Origin: Octopus bimaculoides
Taxonomy: Eukaryota
Length of the DNA: 64,000 nucleotides
Direction of reading: 5' to 3'
Assembly: GCF_001194135.2 (NCBI RefSeq)
Contig: NC_069001.1
Span: 23,723,746 to 23,787,745, forward strand
Part shown: in pieces, positions 37,001-48,684 of the stretch
Layout of the letters: the number at the start of each line of letters is the position of its first letter
Position numbering within the stretch: the stretch's first letter is position 1
The notes under the pieces: model-generated
What the model saw: only the letters and a program-made list of their open reading frames with translations
The model's database searches: none
Told to the model about the DNA's origin: nothing
Made by a program: the position numbers and the translations under genes

Positions 37001-37808
37001 ATATTGGCAGCACAAGATCAAAGCTTGCTTACCAGAAACTACCAGGCGTACCTTCTACAAAATGGCTCTGACCCTAAATGCAGATTTTGCAATAAATTTG
37101 ATGAAACAATAGACCATCTTGTCTTGGGACGTCTTGTGCTGACACCAAATGAATACAAAAATCCCCACGATAGGTTAGGAGAGTATTTACTTTGAAAAAT
37201 ATATAAACACTACAAAATCAGCACTCCTACTTACTAGTATGAACATCATCTTGAGCCAGTTGTTAAAAGTAAAAATGTCATTATCCTTTGGGATTTTCCA
37301 GTCAACACTGACAGAACAATCCAGGCTAATCGACCAGGTATAGTCATTAAAGACAGAGAAGAAAATACCTGTAGACTAATAGATGTAAGTGTTTCCACTG
37401 ATAAAAATATACCTGTAAAAGAATTTGACAAATTAAGTAAATATAAGAACCTGGAAATTGAAATACAAAAGATGTGGCATCTTAAAGTGAGAATTGTTTG
37501 TTATTGTGGGTGCCCTAGGTATGATTAAAAAAGGGATGTCAGAAACATCTAGATAGGATCCCAAGAGAAATATGTCTCAGAGAAATCCAAAAGATTGTGC
37601 TGACAAGTACTGTCTACATCCTTAGAAAAACCCTATCAATGTGTTGTATTAAATGAAGATATTTCGCTACTACCCTTGTCACTTCCCCTCCCCCAAGCTT
37701 TCAGTCATACTGTAACATCTCTTATCCTTCTCTCGCTCTTGGATGCTGGGTGTGTCTCGCTGAGTGATTGTAACAAACACAGATTAAAAGATAATAATAA
37801 TGATGATG

Positions 37809-37842
<34 letters not shown>

Positions 37843-37860
37843 CAATAATAATAATAGTTT
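34040..37860 (+). mobile_element. R4/Dong-clade non-LTR retrotransposon, copy B, near full length but degraded
   Basis: N-terminal KWIREDYRDVLKAFY, DAKKFYREIG, NYQPIICL, AWIDYRKA/DS, GIFQDDSLSP, HLFHMDDLKLF, AAQDQSL...CRFCNKFDETIDHLV, ILWDF...NRPGIV...IDVSVS...KYKNL; 3' UTR ending in a long (AAT)n. Confidence 0.9.
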
Positions 37861-37989
37861 ATATAAAGGACTGAAGTATACGTCAACTCTGTTTACCTTA
37901 GTGATGGATTGTGTCAATCGTATACATAAGTAAAGAACTTTTCTCTCTATCTATTACACTTCTGCTGAGTTACTTCAGTCCTTTATATA
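37860..37989. mobile_element. 130-bp mini-MITE with a perfect 19-bp TIR
   Basis: tatataaaggactgaagta (37860-37878) / tacttcagtcctttatata (37971-37989). Confidence 0.7.
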
Positions 37990-38219
37990 CACTAAAAAAA
38001 TGAATTAGACTGACATTTATTTTGAACCTGTGGAAGGCATGCGAGATGCCAAAATATTGTTCAAAGCACCAATAAATAAGTTACTTTCGAGTTGCGCTTT
38101 TTGTCATTAAGTTGGCCTTGGTGATGGATTATGTCAGCTATGTTTACCTTGGTGATGGATTGTGTCAATCATATACAAAAGTAAAGAACTTTTCTCTCAA
38201 TAATAATAATAATAATAAA

Positions 38220-38746
38220 TGTTCTGATGCAGAACCAGGCAGTGGCTCTCATGGCTTCTGATCTTAATTGATTGGAAGTGTTATTATGTATATTTTTTTG
38301 ACTCGGTATAAAAGATGGGCTACAGCAAATATTCTGCTCAATACCACCGATTTCTTGTCAGTTGTTTGACCTTAACCAGTTGAGCATGTCCCTTAGTGGC
38401 TGATGATATGTGCATCTTTGATCATGAGCAGAAGTATTGGAGGGGCATCTTAGCCATGTGTTGAGGAATTCTTTGGGTCATGAATAATTCACCCCAAGAA
38501 ACATGGGTGTTTTAGTGATCATCCTTAAATAACCCTTATTCAGGGACCTTTTGAACAGAATGGGCTACTCACCCTGAAGAAAATTCTAACTGACTGCACC
38601 TGCATGTTTATCTTGATGTGAGGTTACCATGTTGTGTGCATATGCCTGGTTTACCCTTATCAGATGGGTAGTCATGATGGGTATACTGGGCTCTGTGCAT
38701 TTGTATCCTAGTGTCACTTTGATGGCCTTCACTGTTCTCTCACTCA
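38220..38746. mobile_element. Unclassified ~530-bp repeat bounded by (AAT)n, TG...CA ends, copy 1
   Basis: tgttctgatgcagaaccaggcagtggctctc...ttctctcactca; near-identical to 38889-39450. Confidence 0.8.
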
Positions 38747-38846
38747 GTAATAATAATAATAATAATCCTTTCTACTATAGGTACAAGGCCTGAAATTGGG
38801 TGGGGGGAACTAGTTGATTTCATCGATCCCAGAAGGATGAATGGCA

Positions 38847-38888
<42 letters not shown>

Positions 38889-38889
<1 letters not shown>

Positions 38890-39450
38890 GCCCAGATGCA
38901 GTACCAGGCAGTGGCTCTCATGACTTCTGATCTTAATTGATTGGAAGTGTTATCATGTACATTGTTTTATCTTGGTATAAAAGATGGACTACAGCAAATA
39001 TTCTGCTTAATACCACAGATTTGCTTGTCAGTTGTTTGACCTTAACCAGTCCAGTTGAGCATGTTCCTTGGTAGCTGACGATATGTTCATCTCTGATCAT
39101 GAGCAGAAGTAGTGGCGGAATATCGTAGCCATGTGTTGAGAAGAATTCTTTGGGATTTGAATAATTCACCTCTGGAAACATGGATGTTTTATTGATCATC
39201 CTTAAACAACCCTTATTCAGGGACCTTTTGAGTGGGATGGGCTACTCAACCTGAAGAAAATTTTACCTGGGCCCCACCTGTAAAGTCATGTGCTGTTTAT
39301 CTTGATATAAGATCACCATGTTATGCACATATATTTGTGATGCATGTGCTTGGTGTACCGTTATTAGATGAGTAGTCATGATGGGGATATTGGGCTTCGT
39401 ATATTTTTGCCCCAGTGTCACTTTGATGGCATGCACGGCTCTCTCACTCA
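38889..39450. mobile_element. Unclassified ~560-bp repeat bounded by (AAT)n, TG...CA ends, copy 2
   Basis: tgcccagatgcagtaccaggcagtggctctc...ctctctcactca. Confidence 0.8.
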
Positions 39451-40169
39451 ATAATAATAATAATAATAATAATGACAATAACAGCAATAATCGTTCTATT
39501 CACCACTGAGGGTTTACATAAAAGATTGGAGATGACAGAGGACAACACAACACAGATAGAACACAGCGATAATAAAAATAATTTCTACATTTGTCACAAA
39601 AGGGTTTGAAGACCATTAAGAAAAAGTAAATACATAAATACATGTATAACATATAAAAAGTAAATAACATCATTGAATAACAATAAAATTCTATTAAAAA
39701 GAAAAACTCTCCCCCAAGGGGGACACTACTAAGAGCTCTTCAAGTACATAAAAGTACATAAAAGCCTGAACCGCCCTGGGCCCAAAGCCAAGTGTCCCTG
39801 GTGTCATTTTTCTGCAATACAAATGCACACTTTCAACACGTGCAGTCACTAAGTCCTCGTTAACTAAGTTTGTTTTTAGTATGAGAATAAAATGTGAAAT
39901 GACATTTACAGTATAATATTCATTAACAATTGTAACATAGTAATGATATTATCAAATTATTGAGTGTAATTCTGTTAATTAGAGATGTTAAATTAGTTGG
40001 AAGTTAATTTGCAGTGCAGTAACACATGCATTGTAGTAAATAGTTAGTGTTCTTGTCCATTTTGTTCCGAGATCAAATTTCAGGGAAGATAGGTGGAAGC
40101 GACTTACCATTTTATGGTCACAGGGGTTGGTCATGTTAGAGGTTGTACTGATAACATTCTCCTGAATAA

Positions 40170-40870
40170 CAATCATCATTTTGTATCATTGTTGTTGTCT
40201 TCATCGTCATTGGTGCAATTGTCCTCCTCCTCCTCCTCCTCATCACCATCATCATTGTTGTCATCCTCACTATCATTGCTGTCTTTGTCCGCGTTGTCGT
40301 CGTTGTCATCATCATCATCATCGTCGATGTCATCATCATCATCGTCGACGTCATCATCATCCTCATCATCAACACCAGCTACATCACCGTCCTCATCATT
40401 GTTCTTAACTTGTTACTCAGCTATTATCATCCTCGTTATCCATCATCATCATCATCATAACCATCCTTCATATGTCCACTACCACCTTCCTGTATCATAA
40501 CCAACATCCTAATCCTCATCACCGTTATTCTCCTTTGGCTCATCGTCATCATCATCTCCTCTTATCCTATCTTTATTCCATGAATTCTTGCAAGTTCTTT
40601 CATTATAACACCATCCTGTACATTTGTCTGTCTTCCTTAGATGTCATTATCAATGTTATCTTACTGTCTGGGCAATATTTACAGTAGCAATAGCTGTAAT
40701 GATGGTGGTGGTAGTAGTAATAGTAGTATTAGTAGTAGTAGTAGTAGTAGTAGTAACAGCAGCAGCAGTTGTAGTAATGGTGGTGATAGTGGAAGTAGTA
40801 GTAATGGTAGTAGTAGTTGATGATGATGATGTTGATGATGGTAATGATAAGACAAAGATGATGCTGACGA
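40170..40870. repeat. Compound trinucleotide low-complexity tract ((CAT/CCT/CGT)n then (GTA/GAT/GGT)n)
   Basis: Directly visible; produces spurious poly-H/S/T/V ORFs. Confidence 0.9.
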
Positions 40871-41239
40871 TGATGGTTAACGTCAGGTCAGTTCTGATCA
40901 AGAAGATAGAGCTACATTCAGAGCCATTCCATCTGTGGCTATTCAATCTTATTTTTTCTAAAACATACAGCAGCAATATCTACTATTCTTTGTCTAAGAT
41001 GATAAAATAGTGTAATTCGATTAACTGCTATTTCCTAGAAGCATCACAAGTTCTTTCATTGTTGGTTTTCTTCACAAACAGAAATATCGTATAAAAAGAA
41101 TGTAACATTCCTTTTGCAAGATGTGTACTGTGCTGAATGGTACTTATAAATATCTTTGATATTTGTGACCATTCTGGAGTATCTACCTAATCTCACTCCT
41201 GCACTCTATGATATTTATGTTTTTACTTCATCTTTTTCT

Positions 41240-41420
41240 TTTGTCTTTTATTTGTTTCAGCCATAAGACTGTGGCCATCACTTGAAGAATTTTTAGTTGG
41301 GTGAATCAGCCCTGGTACTTATTCTATCGGTCACCTTTGTCGAACCACCAAGTTATGGGGATATAAACACACCAGCATCGGTTGTCAAATGGTGGTAGGA
41401 GTCAAACACCGATACAAGAA
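41240..41420 (-). mobile_element. SINE family A, 3' half
   Basis: ttgtttcagccataagactgtggcc...cacaccagcatcggttgtcaa...aaacac. Confidence 0.75.
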
Positions 41421-41902
41421 CACACACACTCATATATATATTCTCACAGACACACACATATATATTCTTACACACACATGCACTTGCACACCCTAGTTCA
41501 GCCTGGTTACTGTTATTATCTCCCTTTCACTCAGCCTCCTTCTTTCAGCCATTTCATCTTGTCGAGTTGTTAATCTCCACACACATTATCTGTCTCTGTT
41601 TTGTTCAATCTCGGTCCATTTTTTTCCTCTCAGTCCTTTCTGTCGAAGAACATTTCCTTTTCTCTCTGAGCATTAAACTAAGACACCTACTTGTTGTTCC
41701 TTCACCTGTCTTCATCTTTCATTTTCTGTAAATTTAAACTATATATATATATATATATACATATATATATAGGTATATGATAGGATCGTGAATGACTCAT
41801 TATATAATCTCCACATAATTAAATCAATGGCTAACTAGCCCAATTGACTTGCTTCTTCTTGTGTTTGTTTCTCCATTCTCCACTTAATTATATATATATA
41901 TA

Positions 41903-42110
41903 TTCCGAAACGCCGGTGTTAAAACGGGGGTAGCTGATGAAGGAAAATGTTCTCTATGTGGCTTGTGTGTTTTCTTGTCTACGTTTTGTTTGCAATGTCC
42001 TGTACCCAGATATGCACCTATACATACAGGTGGATGTTGGTATGCACATACCTGTACGTATATATGCATATACTCATTTACTATTTGTTTTTATATATAT
42101 ATATGTAAGA
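41903..42110 (+). mobile_element. Small repeat with split hammerhead-like core (related to 59505-59785)
   Basis: ttcc-GAAA-23 nt-CTGATGA-a-ggaa, followed by tgtcctgtaccca(g/t)atatgca shared with the 59.5-kb element, ending in (TA)n. Confidence 0.5.
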
Positions 42111-42504
42111 TCCAAGGATTGAGGTGCAGGAAAAAAATAAGCTTCAAGCAATCCATAGTGAATATAAAAAACAACTTTCAAGAACAATAGTGGTTTATTG
42201 AGGCAGACAGCCATGAATTTTTTTGCATTGAAGTACGATAAGCTGAAAAAGTATTTTTTTTATATTTCACGGTAGGCAACTAGGGTTGCAGGGTATGTGA
42301 ATAAGAATACAAGAGTTAAAGAATGGAGAAGATAAGATCCAGGCTATATATGTTTCATAGCGAACAGAAAACTTTGAAAGTGGCAGATATCCAAGTGAGG
42401 TGTATACTGCAGGGTACTCGTCAGGCCAAGGGTATCCTGATTAAATGAAGTTTACATTGTCATAAGGAGATATATGTTAACATATGGATTCTATTCCTTA
42501 ACTC

Positions 42505-43480
42505 ATGTATAATAATTCAACTGCTTGTAACACTGTAAAGTGTTCCAATCTCCTACAACACCCTCGATCAAATAAGCTTAACAACAAATACAGGAATCAG
42601 AATGTTCTCTGGTTCAACCCAATTTTTGGTTTGCATGTTTCAATCAAGATTACTAGAAATTTTTTTTCCACTTTGAACAAATGTTTTCCTAAATCTAATT
42701 GATATCATACTATTTTTAATCAGCACACTGTGAAGGTATTCTAAGCTAACTCTGCTAATTTAGAGCAGTTTATGCACTGTAGAAACAATAGTAAAATGTT
42801 GTTAAGGCGGCGAGCTGGGGTCAATGTAATTGACTTAATCCGTTTGTCTGTCCTTGTTTGTCCCCTCTGTGTGTAGCCCCTTGTGGGCAGTAAAGAAATA
42901 AGAAACAATAGTAAAATGTGACAAAAGTTCAATAACCCACCTACTGGATCTAGTGAACATATGCATCTAAATACCAACAAAGATGTAAACCACAATGAAA
43001 AGCACCAATTATGGCCAAATTATAATAGAAATGCTTATGGTATAGCTAACATGGTAAAAACGTTAGAAAATGGAGTCAGAACTGCCATATATACAAACAA
43101 ATATGATAAATGCTCATGCAGAGAAATATCAAAATGTCCATTGATGAACCCCTGTATGAGTACAGATAGTATATATAAATGTGCCATATGTTTACATTGG
43201 GCAGATAGCTGATTCATTTAAGAAGCATTATCACAACTATGTTGCCAGCTTTAAAAGAATCAATAAGAGACAGTCAACATCTTTGGCCAATTTTGTATGG
43301 TGACTGAAGGAAGATAAAATTAAGTACAACACAACTTGGTCCATAGTAAGGTACATAAAGCCATACAAAATCATATCCAGGTGATGCTGACTCTGCTCCG
43401 AGGAATCCCTGTCTATTCTGTATACCAATGAGAAGTTCATTAATAGAATTTCTGAAAGACTCTCAAGATGCCTACACGCG
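42505..43480 (+). mobile_element. Penelope-like element remnant (GIY-YIG endonuclease C-terminal region)
   Basis: NVLWFNP...FPKSN*YHTIFNQHTVK; CSCREISKCPLMNPC...IYK; HNYVASF...STSLANFVW*LK...TWSIV...PY...C*LC. Typical Penelope/Poseidon-type thumb-linker-GIY-YIG succession. Confidence 0.8.
42800..42900 (+). mobile_element. Internally deleted SINE family B with 19-bp TSD
   Basis: aaggcggcgagctgg joined directly to ggtcaatgtaattgacttaatcc tail; TSD agaaacaatagtaaaatgt at 42781-42799 and 42901-42919. Confidence 0.9.
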
Positions 43481-43914
43481 TATAAATGTACTTTCACACA
43501 ATACAGTAGCAATGAATTTAAGTAACTATTAACATAATTTACTTTAAAGTTTGGATGAATTAAGTTTAGTTTAAACCTCCCCATTCTTATAAGCACCAAG
43601 TAGCTATTTAACTCAATTTGTGATTGTGAGTGCACCAAAATATGTGTGTGTATGCTTACACTTTTGCTGATGCTTGTATAAGCAAGTGTACATGCACCAT
43701 GCAGATTGCGTGAGGGCGTTTATACATCACTATCTGTTAATGGTTATTTTAAATACTTTTCTCTCTGTTTGCGTGTTCATTTCTTTTTTGCATCTGTGAT
43801 TTTATTCTTGATCTTCTATATAAATGTAGATATTTCCTTTGTCTTGCTGCTTTTCTTTCTACGAAATGAGAAGATACATTGCAGAACTGTTATTTTAATT
43901 AGTTATATCTATTT

Positions 43915-44020
43915 ATCACCTGATGAGGCACATCTGCACCACTGGATGCTCCTGAACCAGTTGTTAGGTGTCGCACCTGTGATGGATCGATGCCAGATGT
44001 GTTGAAACAATTATCGTGAT
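43915..44020 (+). ncRNA. Type I hammerhead ribozyme motif (degenerate), PLE-associated
   Basis: Stem I atcac/gtgat; core CTGATGA 43920-43926; 10-bp stem II ggcacatctg/cagatgtgtt; GAAA 44004-44007; short palindromic-type stem III c-aatt-a; cleavage triplet ATC 44013-44015. Confidence 0.75.
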
Positions 44021-44189
44021 TACTAATAAATTCTCATATATGCCATCTTCCATCTTTCATTTACCATATATATATATATGTGTATGTGTGTATGTATAGA
44101 GTGTTTGACGTGCTGTACAGATATTGTATGTTGAGAAAAAGGAGGCTGTCACAATTTTGGATAATTCTTTATTAGTGGTTTCATTTGTT

Positions 44190-44375
44190 TATTGAACTCG
44201 TCCAGACAAAATGTTTAGTCTGTCTTCATGATTTGAGTTCAAATTCTACTGTGGTCGACTTTGCCTTTCATGCTTTTGGGGTCAATAAAATAAGTAGCTG
44301 TAGAGCACCAGGGATTGATGTAAGTGACTTATCCCCTCCCCAGAACTTGCTGGCCTTGTGCCAAAATTTGAAATC
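44190..44375 (+). mobile_element. SINE family B
   Basis: gagttcaaattctactgtggtcgactttgcctttcatgcttttggggtcaataaaataagta...ggccttgtgccaaaatttgaaa. Confidence 0.8.
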
Positions 44376-45028
44376 ACTATTATTACTGTTATATTTAAAT
44401 CTTCATAGTGTGAAGATATCTTTTTGATTCTTCTTTTAAAATATGCTTCATCCACATATTATGAAATGGAATTTTTCCTTAGAGTTCTTGTAAAAAGAAC
44501 TGTAATTGCTTAAGGAGAGACTGCCCTTGATAGACAACAGAAAAAAAGGGGGCTGCTTAACAAACATTTAAAGTATTATTTACACCCATTATATTTTCAA
44601 ATCCAAGATGACTACTGCACATAATTATACCACAAAACACTAAATTGCAAAACAATAACATAAAATGAAAATATCATCTAATTGTATAAGAGCACCAAGA
44701 AAAATAATAAATGGAACAAGATAATCCAAATACTCATAGTAATAATGTAGCAGACTTATGGTAGCAACAACAATAACATTAGTAACTGTGTTCTAAGAAT
44801 AGCAGTTATGCATTCTGTTGGAATAGCAGTTATGTGAAGACAAACCTTCACATCAAAATATAGTTAAGGGATAGAATTTGCAAACCTTTTACAGTTACAA
44901 GAAAAATGATGTTGGTGGGAGAAATTTGTAAAAGCCAACAGCATTTCTTTGCTACAAGAGATAAGGCAGGAGTGGTAAAGAGAAAAATTAGATACCTTTG
45001 CTTTCAGAGAAACCTTTCAGCAGATTAA

Positions 45029-45249
45029 CCCTTTTGTTACCATATCTCTATTGAGATGCTCTGTATTTCTTTCAATTAATTTTCAATATAACAAAGAATT
45101 TAGTAAAGTAACTTGATTATCATTAAGGTGGCGTTAGGAACATAAATTGTGACAAAGGTTGGGTGGAAGATTTTAATTCAAAACTTTGAAAATAAGACAT
45201 TTGTGCTACAGAGCCAAAGACAGTTTTAGGTGGATTAATATCAAAAGGG
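45029..45249. mobile_element. piggyBac-type MITE (TTAA TSD)
   Basis: ttaa|cccttttg ... caaaaggg|ttaa. Confidence 0.8.
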
Positions 45250-45389
45250 TTAATGTTTCCCTCATTTAAAGTAGTACAATAAAGCTCTCTGTGTAACAGA
45301 CATTAGATGAAATAGTCATCGTCAGAATTGTGAAAGGTAAAAATCTATGGCAAAATTTATTGTACCTGTAACCTTGTAACCTGTAAATA

Positions 45390-45593
45390 CTAAAGCATTT
45401 AAACCAGCTCTAATATTCTCCCTGTTTTATGTTCAGGCTTGCCAAATCTGGTCTTTCACACCTACCCTACAATATCATTCTAAAAATAAACAACCACATC
45501 ATTGAAAATTTTTAAGCTACCAGATAATGCAGGATTAATTAAAAAAAAATAAGCATTACACTTGATAAAGCAATCTCAATGCTAAAGGATTAA
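45390..45593. mobile_element. piggyBac-type MITE, same family as 2327-2547 (opposite orientation), left end eroded
   Basis: agcatttaaacc...cacctaccctacaatatcattctaaaaata...aatgctaaaggattaa. Confidence 0.65.
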
Positions 45594-46624
45594 AACTGAA
45601 ACTACAGCCAGAACACAAGCTGAAATTGTCAGTCATACCTCTTACTATACGTTTGTGTTGAATATGCATCAACGAAGCCCAAAAGTTATAATAAGAAACG
45701 CTGGACACAACATAGTTCCCATAGCTTCCGTGTCTTTTATGTTGCAGTATTGGAACAGCTGCCAAAGCAGGGTTAGCCAAAGGTGGCTTGTAGTTATGGA
45801 CCATTAAACTGAACTTTCAAGTCCAAATGATCCGCAAAGGTCACAGAAGCCCCAAAACCTAATGACTTCTATTGACCACAAACAGCTCCATGTTCCATAG
45901 CAGAATTGTGCCCAGTAGACAGTTCTGGGATAAAGAGGTTGAGATTGATGATATTGGCAGGAAGCTTAATTTTTACATTTGTCAAAGTAACTACCTTCAA
46001 ATGAGAATGAAGATATAATGATCTGTAGATGAAGATATAATGAGGAAAAAGAAATAAAAAAAATGTCACAGACAAAAGATTCTATAGAGAACAATGCAAA
46101 CAGGTGAGGAAGAACAATTTATTCTAAATGAGTACAAAATCATTCCTCAAGAAAATAATGAAGAAAATATAAACAAAAGTTCACCATTCTTTGAAAATCA
46201 AACAGCTTGCAATACACAAAATTACGCATCTGTGGAGCTAAAATTCTCCCCACCAAAATTATCTGCTTCAGCATATAAACATGCAAAAAATAGATTAATA
46301 GTAAAATTAAAAGTACAATATTATATTGAACTTTAAAAAAATTGCATTCATAACATCAGTGTTTCTCAACACCAAATGCCTCAACAAATACTCACTGGTG
46401 CATTCCATTTCACTCATAACATAATTTAAGAAATGGCTGTGGGGGCTTATGGTATATCATAACTTATCTTTGCTATAAAGATTTCTAAATTTTTCTTTCA
46501 ATTATATCTCATTTTAGTTATTTTGTGACTTATACTACTTTATCTATTTCCATGCAATGATGAATGTGTGTGTGAGTTTATATATGGTGGTTGTGTATTC
46601 CTTATGCAGAGTTTGACCACCTCC

Positions 46625-47775
46625 TGTACCTACACCTTAGCACCATCATGGCATCTGGTGTGGCGTTTTGAACCAGACAATGTTCTGAAAAGACACCCAC
46701 ACAGATTGCATATCCGATTTGGATCACCGAGAGCTGCAGGTAAGTTCTCATCTTTGTGGATTTTAAAATGTCTTTTGAGGCCTCCGTTAGATTTGCAAAC
46801 CTTCTGGCATGCATTATATTCAAAGGTGTGCACAGACATATAGTTGGTGGAGGTTCAATTTCCATGGGTTCACAAATGAGATTTGAGCCCAGCAAAAGAA
46901 AGGCATGGTCTATCACAAATTGTGCACGCAAAAAGGTCATTGTGTTTCACTTTCTCGATCGTAACATTCTTCCTTAGATCTCTTTTGAGTCTTGCATGCC
47001 TTATCCTGGCCTCTTCAAATGCTTTCTCTCCACTCCACACTTTTGTTTGCCATCCAGCTCAATCCAAAGCAAAGGTTTCTATGTCCTCTGGATCCATTTC
47101 AAGTGACTTCATAGTAGTCCTTATGCCGTCCTTAAACCTGTTTTTAGGTTTACGCCGATAGTGTTTCCCCTCTGCAAGCTAACCATAAAACAGCTGTTTG
47201 GGCATGTGTTCATCTGCCATTCAAACAATTTGGCCACACCATCTCATTTAGTTTCTCAAAAATAATAGCTTTAATTGAGATGATGCCTGAAGTTGCAAGG
47301 ACGTCTTTGTTTGGAGTAAAAAAACTCCATCTAATGTTTAAAATGTGATGAAGGCATTTTGGGTGGAATTGCTCTAACAATTTAAACTGTCTTTCATAGG
47401 ACATCTGTGTTTCACAAGAATACAACAGGGATGGTAAGACAAATAATTTGTAAAGAGCGAACTTTGTATTCTTATTTATATGTCGCTGGCACCAAATGTG
47501 TGACTCCAAGCCACCGAATGCTTTTGCTGCCCTTCGAATTCGCAGGTGCATTTCTGTATCAAAATTTCCATCATTTTGTACAGAGCTTCCTAGGTAGATG
47601 AACGAATCAACAACCTCAAGTAACTTACCCTTAGCAAAAATTTTAGGGGTGTTACAAACAGCACCACACACAGGATGATGCATTATAACTGTTTTTTTTG
47701 AAGTTGATGGTTAAGCCAAAATCATCACAAGCTGAGTCAAATGCAGATACAAGAGATTGCAGACCTGTTTCAATA
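46625..47775 (-). mobile_element. 5'-truncated RTE (BovB-like) LINE with three C-terminal C2H2-like fingers
   Basis: FGLTIN, VVDSFIYLGS...RIRRAAKAFG...LLYSCET, PKQLFYG*L..GK...KPKNRFKD, CTICDRPCLSFAGLKSHL*TH, then two more fingers in ORF 46630-46839. Confidence 0.88.
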
Positions 47776-47815
47776 TATAGATATATATACATGCATATAC
47801 ATACACATATATATA

Positions 47816-48675
47816 CATGGTGTGATGGATAAATTGTCACTATTTTATATCTTTAATTTCGTGCATATGCATTGTTTCTTGGTGATTTTGTTGACTACAC
47901 AGTATAGTCAGGTCAGTTGGGCACTGTCTGTGAGGAAAACAGCACCATGATGCAGTTCGCTCTGGCAGAAATTTGGAAACAACATGCTATACTGCTTGGC
48001 ATTCGCATCGGAACCTCCAAAACAAATATTTCAGAGTGTTTGGGTGTCAATCTGAGGACATGTACCGAGAGTGATAAAATCAAACAGCCAGTCAACATCA
48101 TGCTGTTTGGAGTGATCACTAGTGATGGCGATATTATGCCTCCATTTATCTTCCCACACGGTATCACATTTAACACATAGGCCTACATCAAGTGCCTGGA
48201 GGAGGTAGTGCTGCCCTGGGTCAAGTGGGTGGCTGCTAGAAAGCCCTATGTCCGGCAACAGGACTCTGCACCATGCCTCACAAGCAGGAGGACCCAGTCA
48301 TGGTTGTCAGACAATTTCTGCAACCATATCACCCCTAAAAACTGGCTACCTAACTCCCCACACTGTAACCCCCTTGATTATTATGTGTGGGATGCAGTTG
48401 TGCGAGAGACCAACAAAACTCCTTGTAACACCAAAGATGAACTGAAGGCAAGAATTATCAACTTTAGCAAGAAGACTATCCAGAAGAGTTGCAGGAGATT
48501 CCAAAGTCGTTTGGAGGCTGTAGTTGAAGCTAATGGCGATATTATTGAATAAATTTACTCTTTAGAATTTCAAGATATTTTCATGTAATTTTGGTAAATA
48601 TATCTGTTAAAATGAAATGCCAGTATTATTTTCATTTTAGCGTAATTTAGATGACAATTTATTCACCACATCCTG
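47816..48675 (+). mobile_element. Tc1/mariner maT (DD37D) element, internally deleted
   Basis: TA|catggtgtgatggataaattgtca ... tgacaatttattcaccacatcctg|TA; QQDSAP...37 aa...NPLDYYVW. Confidence 0.9.
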
Positions 48676-48684
48676 TATACTCTT

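Noticed and set aside
38395-38440. CTGATGA/CTGACGA in the AAT-flanked repeats as a hammerhead core
   Set aside because: No stem II hairpin followed by GAAA and no stem I partner found.
40093-41010. Poly-Ser/His/Thr/Val ORFs
   Set aside because: All frames are translations of trinucleotide repeats; no domain or splice support.
41630-41665. Hammerhead-like ctgtcgaaga start within a PLE-like (TA)n-tailed repeat
   Set aside because: No closing stem II, GAAA or cleavage triplet follows; at best a deleted remnant.
45556-46336. Short ORFs and splice-like sites in relatively unique sequence (e.g. AG|gtgagg at ~46100; IGTAAKAGLAKGGL*)
   Set aside because: No recognisable domain and frames are interrupted; would need RNA-seq or a homology search.
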